Shown one piece after another: positions 16,762-27,300 of a DNA stretch of 64,000 bases. The notes beneath the pieces are model-generated. The model saw only the letters and a program-made list of their open reading frames with translations, ran no database searches and had not been told where the DNA came from. Each line of letters begins with the position of its first letter. Position 1 is the first letter of the stretch. Origin of the DNA: Dehalococcoidia bacterium (GTDB lineage Bacteria; Chloroflexota; Dehalococcoidia; Bin125); the NCBI GenBank assembly GCA_965203165.1, contig OZ241849.1:367583-431582 (forward strand), in the 5' to 3' direction. A program made the translations under genes and the position numbers.

Positions 16762-18195
16762 TCAGCGCCGCCGCGCGATGTAGTGCGGACTGCGGTCGAA
16801 GAACAGCTGCGCCGCCTCCATCAGCGACTCGGAGAGCGTCGGATGCGCGTGGATCGACTCGGCCAGGTCGGAGGCGCGCGCGCCCAGTTCGACGGCCAGC
16901 ACGCCCTCGCCGATCAGCTCGCCTGCGCCCGGCCCGACGATCCGCACGCCCAGCACCCTTTCGCTGCCCCGCTCGAAGATCAGCCGCGTGAGGCCGTCGC
17001 TGCGACCGTTCGCTCCGGCGCGGCCCAGCGCCGTCCAGGGAAAGCTGACCGCCGCCGCGTCGATGTCCAGCGCGGCGGCCTCCGACTCGTTCAGCCCGCA
17101 CCAGGCGATCTCCGGATCAGTGAAGACCACCGCCGGCACGGCGAGCGGCTGGAAGGCGGTCGGCTCGTCGCAGATCGCCTCGATAGCGACGGCCGCCTCG
17201 TGGCTGGCCTTGTGCGCCAGCATCGGCTCGCCCGCCACATCGCCGATCGCGAACAGGTTCGGCTCCGCCGTGCGGCGCTGCAGATCCGTTTCGATAAAGC
17301 CCCGCTCGTCGAGCTGCGCGCCGGTTTGCTCCAGCCCCAGTCCGGCGCTGTTGGGCCGCCGCCCGGTTGCGACCAGCACGCGGCTGTAGGTTTCGGTACG
17401 CTCCGCGCCGTCGGGGCCGTGCAATGTCGCGCGGATGCCGTCGGCGACCTCCTCGATCTCGGTGACCGCGGTTTCGAGCAGGATCGCCTCAAAATCGCGG
17501 CGCAGGCGGCGCTCCAGCACGGCGACGAGCTCGCGATCGACGCCCGCCAGCAGCTCAGGCAGCAGCTCGACGACGGTCACCCGCGAGCCCAGCGCGGCAT
17601 AGACCGAGCCCAGTTCGAGCCCGATGTAGCCGCCGCCCACGACCAGCAGCGAGGGCGGAATTGCGGGCAGCTTGAGCGCCGCGGTCGAGTCCATCACCCG
17701 CTCCGAGTCGAGTTGCAGCGGCGGCGGGATGATCGGGCTGGAGCCAGTTGCCAGCACCAGCGCGTCGAACGCGATCTCCGTCACCTCGCCGGCCCGCTCG
17801 ACATTGAGGCTGGTCGGCGTGCGCACCCGCCCGTAGCCCTGCGTGTAGCGCACCCGCCGCTGACGCCGTAGCAGTCCTAGCCCGCCGGTCAGCTTGCCGA
17901 TTGTCGCGTCTTTCCAGTCGCGCAGCGCGTCCAGATCGATCTGCGGCTCGCCGAAGTTGATGCCCCAGTCGGCCGCCTCCTGCGTCTCCCGAATCAGCCG
18001 CGCGACATGCAGCAGCGCCTTGGAGGGGATGCAGCCGTCGTAGAGGCAGACGCCGCCCGGATTGGGCGCGGTGTCGATCAGCGTCACATCCAGCCCGCGC
18101 TCGGCGGCCAGAAACGCCGCCGGATAGCCGCCCGGACCGGCGCCCAGTACCGCCACTCGCAGCGCGTCGCTCGGTTCCGCGTCGGCGGTCGTCAT
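16762..18195 (-). CDS. lpdA: dihydrolipoyl dehydrogenase (E3)
   Basis: GAGPGG, GGVCLYDGCIPSK, HAHPTLSE. Confidence 0.95.
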   Translation of the reverse strand: MTTADAEPSDALRVAVLGAGPGGYPAAFLAAERGLDVTLIDTAPNPGGVCLYDGCIPSKALLHVARLIRETQEAADWGINFGEPQIDLDALRDWKDATIGKLTGGLGLLRRQRRVRYTQGYGRVRTPTSLNVERAGEVTEIAFDALVLATGSSPIIPPPLQLDSERVMDSTAALKLPAIPPSLLVVGGGYIGLELGSVYAALGSRVTVVELLPELLAGVDRELVAVLERRLRRDFEAILLETAVTEIEEVADGIRATLHGPDGAERTETYSRVLVATGRRPNSAGLGLEQTGAQLDERGFIETDLQRRTAEPNLFAIGDVAGEPMLAHKASHEAAVAIEAICDEPTAFQPLAVPAVVFTDPEIAWCGLNESEAAALDIDAAAVSFPWTALGRAGANGRSDGLTRLIFERGSERVLGVRIVGPGAGELIGEGVLAVELGARASDLAESIHAHPTLSESLMEAAQLFFDRSPHYIARRR

Positions 18196-18200
18196 CGCCG

Positions 18201-19586
18201 CTACCCCTCCAGCGCCAGGACCAGCGGCTGGCGAATTGCGTCGGAGATCCAGCTCATGAAGCGCGCGCCATCTGCGCCGTCCATCACCCGATGATCAAAC
18301 GCGAACGAGAGCGGCATGATGCTGCGCGAGACCCACAACTCCTGCTCGTCGTCCCAGACCGGCCGCCGCTCGGAGCGCCCGATGCCCAGAATCGCCGCGT
18401 TGGGATGGTGGATGATCGGCGTGAAGTGCCCTGTGCCGATCCCGCCCAGGTTGGTCACGGTGAAGCTGCTGCCGCGGAATTCTTCGAGGGTGAGGTCGCC
18501 GGAGCGGGCCCGCGCCGAGATGTCGGTCAGCTCGACGGCGATCTGGATGATGTTCTTGCGGTCGACGTCACGGATCACGGGCACGACCAGCCCGCGCGGG
18601 GTGTCGACCGCCACGCCCAGATGCACGTAGCGCTTCAGGATCAGCTCGTTGTTGGCCGCGTCGAGGCTGCTGTTGGCGCGGGGGTGCGCGCGCAGCGCGG
18701 CGGCCACGATCTTCAGCATGATCGCCGTGACGGTCAGCTTGCCGCCCGCCTGCTCGGCGCGCTCGCGGTACTGATGGCGCACTGAATCGAGGTCGGTGAT
18801 GTCCGCCGTGTGGTGCAGCGTAACATGCGGGATTTCGCGCCAGGAGGCCGCCATGTTGCGCTTGATTGTGCGCCGCAGGCGGCTCAGCGGTTCGCGCTCG
18901 ATCGGGCCGAACTCGGCGAAATCGGGCAGCGGCGCGGCGGCGGGTTCGGTAGTCGCCGCCGTGGCGGGCGGCGCGACGCTGCGGCTGCGCGCGTGGCGCT
19001 TCACATCGTCCTCCGAGATGCGCCCGCCCGGGCCGCTGCCGGGCACGGCCTGAATTTCGACGCCGATCTCCCGCGCGAAGCGCCGCACCGAGGGCGAGGC
19101 GAAGACCGGCCGGCGGTCCGGCTCGCCGGCCAGCAGCGGCGCGGCGGCCGCCGTCTGCGGCTGGGGCGCAGGCGCGGGCGCAACCTGCGGCGCGGGCGTG
19201 GGTTCGGGCGACGGCGCAGGCTCAACCGGCGGCGGCGCGGCCTGGGGCTGAGGCTCAGCTTGCGGCGCGGCCGGCTCCGACGGCGTTGCCGGAGGCGGCG
19301 TAGCAGCCGGCGCCGCGCCGGCGCTGTCAACCGTGATCACCGCGTCGCCCGGCCGAATTGTGTCGCCCACCCGCACGTGAATCGCCGTGATCACGCCTGC
19401 CACCGACGACGGCAGGTCCAGCGTCGCCTTCTCCGTCTCGATCTCCAGAATCGCCTGCTCCAGCGCCACCTCGTCGCCGACCGCGACCAACACCTGGAGC
19501 ACATCGGCCTCTTCGATCTCCTCGCCGAGATCGGGCAGCAGGAAGTCGACCAGCGTCGCCCCATTTGCCATCGTGTTGCCCGCCAT
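18201..19586 (-). CDS. aceF: dihydrolipoamide acetyltransferase (E2)
   Basis: lipoyl ETEKA, ASPSVRRFARE E3-binding domain, DHRVMDG. Confidence 0.92.
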   Translation of the reverse strand: MAGNTMANGATLVDFLLPDLGEEIEEADVLQVLVAVGDEVALEQAILEIETEKATLDLPSSVAGVITAIHVRVGDTIRPGDAVITVDSAGAAPAATPPPATPSEPAAPQAEPQPQAAPPPVEPAPSPEPTPAPQVAPAPAPQPQTAAAAPLLAGEPDRRPVFASPSVRRFAREIGVEIQAVPGSGPGGRISEDDVKRHARSRSVAPPATAATTEPAAAPLPDFAEFGPIEREPLSRLRRTIKRNMAASWREIPHVTLHHTADITDLDSVRHQYRERAEQAGGKLTVTAIMLKIVAAALRAHPRANSSLDAANNELILKRYVHLGVAVDTPRGLVVPVIRDVDRKNIIQIAVELTDISARARSGDLTLEEFRGSSFTVTNLGGIGTGHFTPIIHHPNAAILGIGRSERRPVWDDEQELWVSRSIMPLSFAFDHRVMDGADGARFMSWISDAIRQPLVLALEG

Positions 19587-19597
19587 CGCCGCCCCTC

Positions 19598-22309
19598 CTA
19601 CAGGCCCATCGGATCGACGCGATCGGCGTCGATCGCCAGCGCCTCGCGCGCGCGCAGCAGCAGATCGCCCTCGATCGCACCCGTCCGGCTCAGCGCCGAC
19701 AGCGCGGCCCAGGCGATGTGCCGCGCGTCGACCTCGAAGAAATCGCGCAACTCCTCCCGCGTCCCGCTGCGCCCAAAGCCGTCGGTGCCCAGCGCCGTGA
19801 GCGGACCCGGCAGCCACTTGGCCAGCTGGTCGGGCAGCGCGGCCAGATAGTCGGTCGCCGCGACGATCGGGGCGGGGTCGTCGCCCAGCGCCTCGCGCGC
19901 GAAGCAGGCGCGCGGCTCCTCGAGCGGGTGCAGCCGATTCCAGCGCTCGATCCGCTGCGCGTCGCGCCGCAACTCCGTCCAGGAGGTGACCGACCAGACA
20001 TCAGCCGCCACGCCGTAATCGTCGCGCAGCAGCTCGCGCGCCTCGCGCACTTCGTTGAGGATCGGCCCGCTGCCGAGCAGCCGCACCTGCGGCGCGCCGC
20101 CGCCCGTCGCCTCATTCAGCCGATACAGCCCGCGCAGGATCCCCTCCCGCACCCACTCGCCCTCGGGCATCGCCGGCTGCACGTAGGCCTCGTTTTCGAT
20201 CGTCATGTAGTAGAAGATGTCCTCATTCAGCTCGTGCATCCGCCGAATGCCCTCCTGCACGATCACCGCCGCCTCGTAGGCGTAGGCCGGGTCGTAGGAG
20301 ACCAGATTGGGGATCGTCGAGGCCAGGATGTGGCTGTGCCCGTCCTGGTGCTGCAAGCCCTCCCCGTTGAGCGTCGTGCGCCCCGCGGTGGCGCCGATCA
20401 GGAAGCCGCGCGTTCGCGCGTCGCCGGCGGCGTAGGCCAGATCGCCGACCCGCTGCAGCCCGAAGATCGAGTAGAAGATGAAGAACGGAATCGTCGGCAT
20501 CTGCAGCGTCGAGTAGGAGGTGCCCGCGGCGATGAACGACGACATCGCGCCCGCCTCGGTGATCCCCTCTTCGAGAATCTGCCCGTCGCGCGACTCGTTG
20601 TAGAACAGCAGGCGATCGGAGTCGACGGGCTCGTAGAGCTGTCCGCGCGAGGCGTAGATGCCGAACTCGCGGAACATCCCCTCCATCCCGAAGGTGCGCG
20701 ACTCGTCGGGCACGATCGGCACGATCCGCGGGCCCAGCTCGCGATCGCGCAGCAGCCGACTCAGCATTCGCACGAACGCCATCGTGGTCGACGCCTCGCG
20801 TTCGCCCGTGCCCTCGTAGAACTCCTCGAATGTCTCATCCGGCGGCGATGTCAGGTCGCTGGGCGGCGCGCGGCGCTCAGGCACCGGTCCGCGCAGGGCA
20901 GCCCGGCGCTGCGCCACGTAGTCCGCCTCGCGGCTGTCGTGCGCCGGACGGTAGAGCGGCGCGCCGACCACCTCCTCATCGGAGAGCGGGATGTCGAAGC
21001 GGTCGCGGAACTGCATCAGCTCGCGCTCGTTCAGTTCCTTCTGCTGATGCGTGATGTTGCGGCCCTCGCCCGCCTCGCCCAGACCATAGCCCTTGATCGT
21101 CCGCGCCAGAATCACCGTCGGCGCGCCCTTGTGCGCCGCCGCCGCCGCGTACGCCGCATGCACCTTGACCGGGTCATGCCCGCCCAGCCGCAGCTGCCAG
21201 AGCTGGTCGTCGCTCAGATCCTCGACCAGCGCCCGCAGGCGCGGGTCGACGCCCCAGAAATCCTCGCGGATGTAGGCCCCGCCCGCCACGCTGTACTTCT
21301 GATACTGCCCGTCGACCACCTCGCCCATTCGCTGGATGAGCAGTCCCTGCTCGTCGCGCGCCAGCAGCGCGTCCCACTCGCTGCCCCAGATCACCTTGAT
21401 CACGTTCCAGCCCACGCCGCGGAAGACGGCCTCCAGCTCCTGGATGATCTGCCCGTTGCCGCGCACCGGGCCGTCCAGCCGCTGGAGATTGCAGTTGACC
21501 ACGAAGATCAGGTTGTCCAGCGCCTCCCGCGAGGCCAGCGCGATCGAGCCCAGACTCTCCGGCTCGTCCGTCTCTCCGTCGCCCAGGAAGCACCAGATTT
21601 TGCGGTCGGTCACCGGGATTAGCCCGCGGTTCTCCAGATAGCGGATGAAGCGCGCCTGATAGATCGCCTGAATTGGTCCCAGCCCCATCGAGACCGTGGT
21701 GAACTGCCAGAAATCGTCCATCAGCCAGGGATGCGGATAGGAGGGCAGCCCGCCCTGCAGCTCGCGTCGGAAGCGGTGCAGCCGGCCCGGCTGGAGCCGC
21801 CCCTCGACATAAGCGCGCGCGTAGATGCCCGGCGCGGCATGCCCCTGGAAGTAGATCATGTCGCCGCCGCAGGGGTGATCCTGCCCGCGGAAGAAGTGGT
21901 TGAAGCCGACCTCGTAGAGCGTCGCCGCCGAGGCGTAGGTCGAGATGTGCCCGCCGATCCCGTGCTCGCGCATGTTCGCTTCCACGACCATCGCCATCGC
22001 GTTCCAGCGGATGATGCTCTTGATCCGCCGCTCCAGATTGAGATCGCCCGGATAGGGCGGCTGCTTCTCGACCGCGATGGTGTTCACGTAGGGCGTCTGC
22101 GAGGTGACCGGCAGGCGAATGCCGGAGCGCTGCGCCTCAATTTGCAGCGCCTGGAGCAGCCGCGAGACCCGCTCCGGCCCGCGCCGCAGCGCCACATCGC
22201 GCAGCGAGTCGATCCAGTCGTGCGTCTCCAGCCAGTCGTCCGCTCCGTCCGACCCGCTGCGAGCCAGAGCCGCGCGCCAAGGAGATTCAGAGGTCGTCAC
22301 ATCGCCCAC
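19598..22309 (-). CDS. aceE: pyruvate dehydrogenase E1, homodimeric AceE type
   Basis: GGHISTYAS, TVSMGLGP, GDGETDEPES, NCNLQRLDGPV, GEGLQHQDG. Confidence 0.95.
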   Translation of the reverse strand: MGDVTTSESPWRAALARSGSDGADDWLETHDWIDSLRDVALRRGPERVSRLLQALQIEAQRSGIRLPVTSQTPYVNTIAVEKQPPYPGDLNLERRIKSIIRWNAMAMVVEANMREHGIGGHISTYASAATLYEVGFNHFFRGQDHPCGGDMIYFQGHAAPGIYARAYVEGRLQPGRLHRFRRELQGGLPSYPHPWLMDDFWQFTTVSMGLGPIQAIYQARFIRYLENRGLIPVTDRKIWCFLGDGETDEPESLGSIALASREALDNLIFVVNCNLQRLDGPVRGNGQIIQELEAVFRGVGWNVIKVIWGSEWDALLARDEQGLLIQRMGEVVDGQYQKYSVAGGAYIREDFWGVDPRLRALVEDLSDDQLWQLRLGGHDPVKVHAAYAAAAAHKGAPTVILARTIKGYGLGEAGEGRNITHQQKELNERELMQFRDRFDIPLSDEEVVGAPLYRPAHDSREADYVAQRRAALRGPVPERRAPPSDLTSPPDETFEEFYEGTGEREASTTMAFVRMLSRLLRDRELGPRIVPIVPDESRTFGMEGMFREFGIYASRGQLYEPVDSDRLLFYNESRDGQILEEGITEAGAMSSFIAAGTSYSTLQMPTIPFFIFYSIFGLQRVGDLAYAAGDARTRGFLIGATAGRTTLNGEGLQHQDGHSHILASTIPNLVSYDPAYAYEAAVIVQEGIRRMHELNEDIFYYMTIENEAYVQPAMPEGEWVREGILRGLYRLNEATGGGAPQVRLLGSGPILNEVREARELLRDDYGVAADVWSVTSWTELRRDAQRIERWNRLHPLEEPRACFAREALGDDPAPIVAATDYLAALPDQLAKWLPGPLTALGTDGFGRSGTREELRDFFEVDARHIAWAALSALSRTGAIEGDLLLRAREALAIDADRVDPMGL

Positions 22310-22464
22310 CCGCAGCCGCCCGCGCCGAACGCGCGCGCCCTTCCGCCGCCCCGCTAATTTACCCTATCGCTCCACTGCCTCTGTGATCGTTGGGTGAACG
22401 AATTTGCGGCGCCGTTGCGTAGAATGGCGGCGAATCGAATCGGATTCGCAGGCAGGAGGACGCC

Positions 22465-23118
22465 GTGGGCGATGTGGTCCTCCTCCGCTGGGGCGCGACC
22501 GACTACCGCGATGCGATCCGCTGGCAGGCGGAGCGGTCCGCGGCGGTGGCGGACGGCGGCGCGCCGGAGAGCGTGCTGATGCTCGAGCACACGCCCGTGT
22601 ACACGATGGGGCGGCGCGGGGGGCGGGCGCATCTGCTGCGGTCGGAGGCCGATCTGGGCGCGGAGCTGATCGACAGCGATCGCGGGGGCGACATCACCTT
22701 TCACGGCCCCGGCCAGCTGGTGGTCTATCCGATCCTGCGGCTGGGAGAGCGCGGGCTGAGCGCGGGCCGCTACGTGCGGCTGCTCGAACAGGCGATGATT
22801 GAGACGGCGGCGGCATTCGGGGTGAGCGCCGAGCCTCGGCGGGGGCAGCCGGGCTGTTGGACGCGCGGGCGGAAACTGGGCTGCGTCGGCGTGCGCATCG
22901 CGCGCGGCGTCTCCAGGCACGGGCTGGCGCTCAATGTCGACACCGACCTGAGCTGGTTTGAGGCCGTGACGCCCTGTGGAATTACCGGCGCGGAGATGAC
23001 CTCGCTGTCGCGTGAGTCGGGGCGGGCGCTCAGCGTCGATCAGGCCGCCGCTGCGATGGCGGATGCGATGGCGGACCTGTTCGGGCTCAGATTCGCCGTC
23101 TGCGAGGCGGCCGGATGA
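22465..23118 (+). CDS. lipB: octanoyltransferase
   Basis: EHTPVYTMGR, RGGDITFHGPGQLVVYP, HGLALN, PCG. Confidence 0.95.
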   Translation: MGDVVLLRWGATDYRDAIRWQAERSAAVADGGAPESVLMLEHTPVYTMGRRGGRAHLLRSEADLGAELIDSDRGGDITFHGPGQLVVYPILRLGERGLSAGRYVRLLEQAMIETAAAFGVSAEPRRGQPGCWTRGRKLGCVGVRIARGVSRHGLALNVDTDLSWFEAVTPCGITGAEMTSLSRESGRALSVDQAAAAMADAMADLFGLRFAVCEAAG

Positions 23119-24002
23119 CGCTCGGTGAGCGGAAGCCGGCCTGGATTCGGGCCCAGTGGCCGGGCGGGGAGCGCTACGGGGAGATCGTCGCGCTGCTGCG
23201 CGACGCCTCGCTGCACACGGTCTGCCAGGAAGCGCGCTGCCCGAACATCGGCGAGTGCTTCAATCGCGGCACGGCGACATTCATGATTCTGGGCGACACC
23301 TGCACGCGGGCCTGCGGCTTCTGCGCTGTCGCATCCGGCCGTCCGCAAGCGCTCGACTGGGGCGAACCGGCGCGGCTCGCAGCGACCGTCGAGCAGCTGC
23401 GGCTCAACTACGTGGTGATCACCTCGGTCAACCGGGACGACGCGCCCGACGGCGGCGCGGGGATCTTCGCGGCATGCATCGCAGCGGTCCGGCGCCGGCG
23501 GCCGGAGTGCTCGGTGGAGGTGCTGATTCCGGATCTGATGGGTGCTTGGGATGCGCTGGACGTGGTGCTGGAGGCGCAGCCGACGGTGTTGAATCACAAC
23601 GTCGAGACGGTGGCGCGGCTATATCCGCGTGTGCGGCAGCGGGCGCGCTACGAGCGCAGCCTCGAGCTGCTGCGGCGCGCCGCCCGGCACCGACCGCGGA
23701 TTCCGACCAAGACGGGTTTCATGCTCGGTCTGGGCGAGCGGCGGGAGGAAGTCTCGGAGTTGCTCCGTGATCTGCGGGCAGCGGACTGCGATCTGCTCAC
23801 GGTCGGGCAATATTTGCGGCCGTCGGCCAGGCACTTGCCCGTCTCGCGCTATGCGCCGCCGGAGGAGTTCGATGAGATTCGGGCGGAAGCGCTCTCGCTC
23901 GGGTTCAGGCATGTCGAGGCGGGGCCGATGGTGCGCTCGTCGTATCACGCAGAAGAGCAGGCGCGGGCCGCGCGGCTCTTCGCAGGGCGGCTGCGCGGCT
24001 GA
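23115..24002 (+). CDS. lipA: lipoyl synthase
   Basis: TVCQEARCPNIGEC, CTRACGFC, RSSYHA. Confidence 0.96.
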   Translation: MTLGERKPAWIRAQWPGGERYGEIVALLRDASLHTVCQEARCPNIGECFNRGTATFMILGDTCTRACGFCAVASGRPQALDWGEPARLAATVEQLRLNYVVITSVNRDDAPDGGAGIFAACIAAVRRRRPECSVEVLIPDLMGAWDALDVVLEAQPTVLNHNVETVARLYPRVRQRARYERSLELLRRAARHRPRIPTKTGFMLGLGERREEVSELLRDLRAADCDLLTVGQYLRPSARHLPVSRYAPPEEFDEIRAEALSLGFRHVEAGPMVRSSYHAEEQARAARLFAGRLRG

Positions 24003-24049
24003 CAGCAGAAGAGGGCTTGTAGGCTTGCGATGGCTTGGGGGAGCGAGTG

Positions 24050-25246
24050 ATGGCTCACTTTCGCTGGTTCACCGCCGGGGAATCGCACGGCCCCGGGCTG
24101 ACCGTGCTGATCGACGGCGCGCCCGCCGGGCTGCCGCTGTCGGAGGAGCAGATTCGCGCGCAGCTGGCGCGGCGGCAGAAGGGCTACGGACGCGGCGGGC
24201 GGATGAAGATCGAGACGGATTACGCGCAGATTCGCGGCGGCGTGCGTCAGGGGCGGACGATCGGCTCGCCGATTGCGCTGTGGATCGAGAATCGCGATTT
24301 CGCGACGGGCGGCGGGCCGGACAAGCGCCCCTGGACCGAAACGATGTCGCTGGAGGCGGTGGAGCCGCCGCCGACGCGGGTGACGCGGGTGCGTCCGGGG
24401 CACGCGGATTTGGCCGCCTCACTCAAGTACGGCTACGACGATGTGCGCGACTCGCTGGAGCGCGCCAGCGCGAGAGAGAGCGCGGCGCGGGTGGCGGCCG
24501 GCGCGGTGGCGCGGGCGCTGTGCGGGGAGCTGGGCTGCGAGTTCTACAGCCATGTGGCACGAATCGGCGAGGTCGAAGCCTGCCACGGCCCCGAAATCGA
24601 TTGGCAGGCGGTTGAATCTTCCCCCGTGCGCTGCGCGGACGCGGCAGCCGGCGAGGCGATGATCGAGGCGATCAACGCGGCGAAGCGCGAGGGCGACACG
24701 CTGGGCGGGGTGGTCGAAGCGCGGGTGACCGGCGTCCCGTTCGGGCTGGGCTCGCATGTGCAGTGGGATCGCAAGCTGAGCGGTCGGATTGGCCAGGCGC
24801 TGCTCAGCATGAACGCCTTCAAGGGCGTCGAAATCGGCGACGGCTTCGCGGGCGCGGCGGGCACGGGGCGGCAGTTCCACGATGTCGTGCTGCCGCAGGA
24901 CGCCTGGAGCGAGCGCCCCTGGCGGCGGCAGACCAACCACGCCGGCGGCATCGAGGGCGGCATCTCCAACGGCGAGGACATCGTGGTGCGGGTGGCGGTC
25001 AAGCCGATTGCGACATTGGCGCATCCGCTGCCGTCAGCGGATCTGGACTCCGGCGAGCGGGTCGAGGCGCACTACGAGCGCTCCGATGTCTGCGTCGTGC
25101 CCGCCGCCGGCGTGATCGTCGAGGCGATGCTGGCGCTGGTGCTGGCCGACGCGCTGCTGGAAAAGTTCGGCGGCGACCAGCTGACGGAGACGCGGGAGAA
25201 TATGGAACGCTTTCTGAAGACGACCCAGCCGCGGAGCGCCCTGTGA
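24050..25246 (+). CDS. aroC: chorismate synthase
   Basis: TAGESHG, RPGHAD, ERASARE, GGIEGGISNG, ERSDVC. Confidence 0.96.
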   Translation: MAHFRWFTAGESHGPGLTVLIDGAPAGLPLSEEQIRAQLARRQKGYGRGGRMKIETDYAQIRGGVRQGRTIGSPIALWIENRDFATGGGPDKRPWTETMSLEAVEPPPTRVTRVRPGHADLAASLKYGYDDVRDSLERASARESAARVAAGAVARALCGELGCEFYSHVARIGEVEACHGPEIDWQAVESSPVRCADAAAGEAMIEAINAAKREGDTLGGVVEARVTGVPFGLGSHVQWDRKLSGRIGQALLSMNAFKGVEIGDGFAGAAGTGRQFHDVVLPQDAWSERPWRRQTNHAGGIEGGISNGEDIVVRVAVKPIATLAHPLPSADLDSGERVEAHYERSDVCVVPAAGVIVEAMLALVLADALLEKFGGDQLTETRENMERFLKTTQPRSAL

Positions 25247-26997
25247 GCGCGGCGGCGGGCGAGCTGAAGCGGATAGTGCTGATCGGCTTCTCGGCGACGG
25301 GCAAATCGGTGCTCGCGCCCTACGTCGCCGAGCGGCTCGGCTGGCGCGCAGTCGATCTGGATCAGGCGATCGAGCGCGAGGCCGGGCAATCCATCGCCGC
25401 AATCTTCGAGCGGGAAGGCGAAGCCGGCTTCCGCGAGCGCGAGCGCCAGGCGGCGCGCGACGCCGCGGCGATCGACGGCGCGGTGATCGCGACCGGCGGC
25501 GGCGTCTGGCTCGATCCGCAGAACCGCGCAACGCTGGCCGAGCGCGGCTTCGTGATCACCCTCGAAGCCCGCTCCACCACAATCCTCGCGCGCTACGCCG
25601 AAACCGAGCAGGGCCGCCCCGAGGTGCGCCCGCTGCTCGCGGGCGCCGACCCGCGCCGACGCGTCGAGTCGCTCAAGGCGCAGCGCCAACCCTTCTACGC
25701 ACTGGCCGATTTCACGCTGCACACCGACGAGCTGGAAATCGGCGAGCTGGTCGATGAGATCGCCGAGGCCGTCGAGCGCGGCGCGGCGCGCGCGCTGGCC
25801 TCCGACAGCCGGCTCCGCGCGATGCGCGAGGGGCCCGGCGTCGAGCCGCCGCCCGCGACCGACTACGGCCCCGATGTCGCCTGCGTCGTCGACGCCGGCG
25901 CCAGCCGCTACCCGGTCTACACCGGCTGGGATCTGCTCGCGCGGCTGGGCGATACGTTCGACCGGCTGGGGCTCTCGCGGCGGGTGTTTCTGGCGGCCGA
26001 CGGAGCGGTGCTGGAGATGCACGGGGAAACGGCGGCGCGGGCCCTGCGAGAGAGCGGGCGGGAAGTGTTCAGCTACCGCGTCGAGCCCGGCGAGGCGAGC
26101 AAGTCCCTCGAGTGCCTGGCCGAGCTGTACGCCTGGCTGGCCGAGCGGCGGGCGGAACGGTCCGACGTGATCCTGGCGCTGGGCGGAGGCGTGACGACGG
26201 ATCTGGCGGGAACGGCGGCGGCGACCTATCTGCGCGGCATGCCGATGGTGCACGCGCCGACAACAATGCTGGGGATGGTCGACGCGGCGATCGGGGGCAA
26301 GGTCGCGGTGGATCTGCCGGCGGGGAAGAACTTGGTGGGGGCGTTCTACCAGCCGCGGGCGGTGGTGGCGGATCTGTCGACGCTGGCGACGCTGCCGCGG
26401 CGTGAGTTGCGCTCCGGTTACGCCGAGGTGATCAAACACGCGCTGATTCGAGATCCGGAGATGCTCAATGAGCTGGAGGCGCACGCCCACACGCTGCTCA
26501 ATCCGGGCGCGGCGAGGCGCGACGCAGCAGCATCGGCGGTGATCGCGGACATGATCCGGCGGAACCAGCGAATCAAAGCGCAGGTAGTGTCCGCGGACGA
26601 GCGGGAGTCGGATCTGCGCGCGATCCTGAACTACGGGCACACGCTGGGGCATGCGCTTGAGGCGGTGACGGGCTACCGAGATCTGCTGCACGGCGAGGCG
26701 GTGGCGATCGGTCTGGTGGCGGCGGCGGAGATTGGGCACGCGATGGGGTTGATCGACGAGCCGCTGCTGACTCGGCACCGGACGCTGCTGGAACATTTTG
26801 GACTGCCAACCGCCACGCCGGTGGCGCTGGAGGCGGACCACCTGCTTGAGGCGATGTCGCGCGACAAAAAGGTGGTCGGTGGGCGGCAGCGATGGGTGCT
26901 GCTGGAGAGCGCAGGCGCAGCGATTGTGCGGGACGACGTGCTACAGAGCACGGTGCTCAACGCAATTGAGGCGGTGACGCCGGGCGCTGGACGATGA
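25243..26997 (+). CDS. aroB: bifunctional shikimate kinase / 3-dehydroquinate synthase
   Basis: N-terminal GFSATGKS, GEAGFRERE, TGGG; C-terminal GGGVTTD, DAAIGGK, LNYGHT, HGEAV. Confidence 0.92.
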   Translation: MSAAAGELKRIVLIGFSATGKSVLAPYVAERLGWRAVDLDQAIEREAGQSIAAIFEREGEAGFRERERQAARDAAAIDGAVIATGGGVWLDPQNRATLAERGFVITLEARSTTILARYAETEQGRPEVRPLLAGADPRRRVESLKAQRQPFYALADFTLHTDELEIGELVDEIAEAVERGAARALASDSRLRAMREGPGVEPPPATDYGPDVACVVDAGASRYPVYTGWDLLARLGDTFDRLGLSRRVFLAADGAVLEMHGETAARALRESGREVFSYRVEPGEASKSLECLAELYAWLAERRAERSDVILALGGGVTTDLAGTAAATYLRGMPMVHAPTTMLGMVDAAIGGKVAVDLPAGKNLVGAFYQPRAVVADLSTLATLPRRELRSGYAEVIKHALIRDPEMLNELEAHAHTLLNPGAARRDAAASAVIADMIRRNQRIKAQVVSADERESDLRAILNYGHTLGHALEAVTGYRDLLHGEAVAIGLVAAAEIGHAMGLIDEPLLTRHRTLLEHFGLPTATPVALEADHLLEAMSRDKKVVGGRQRWVLLESAGAAIVRDDVLQSTVLNAIEAVTPGAGR

Positions 26998-27299
26998 GTG
27001 GAGCGCGCGCGCGTTTGACGGCGCAGATCCGGGGGCGAGTGCAGATGGTGGGCTTTCGCGTGTTCGCCGAGCAGGCGGTGGCGCGGGTCGAGCGGGAGCG
27101 CAACACGGAAATCACCGGCTGGGTGCGGAACCGCGCCGACGGCGCGACGGTGGAGCTGGTCGCGGAAGGGGAGCGCAAGGCGCTGGAGCAGCTGTTGGCT
27201 GAGCTGCGGATCGGACCGCCGGCCGCGCTGATACGGGGCGTGGAGGAAGAATGGAGCGCAGCATCAGGCGATCTGAAGCCGTTCGCGCTGCGCTACTAA
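26994..27299 (+). CDS. acyP: acylphosphatase
   Basis: GRVQMVGFR, GWVRN. Confidence 0.9.
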   Translation: MSGARARLTAQIRGRVQMVGFRVFAEQAVARVERERNTEITGWVRNRADGATVELVAEGERKALEQLLAELRIGPPAALIRGVEEEWSAASGDLKPFALRY

Positions 27300-27300
27300 G

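Noticed and set aside
19565-21622. Long antisense ORFs (also 32627-35056, 47527-49338, 11045-12808, 28206-29651)
   Set aside because: Shadow ORFs of well-supported genes in high-GC DNA
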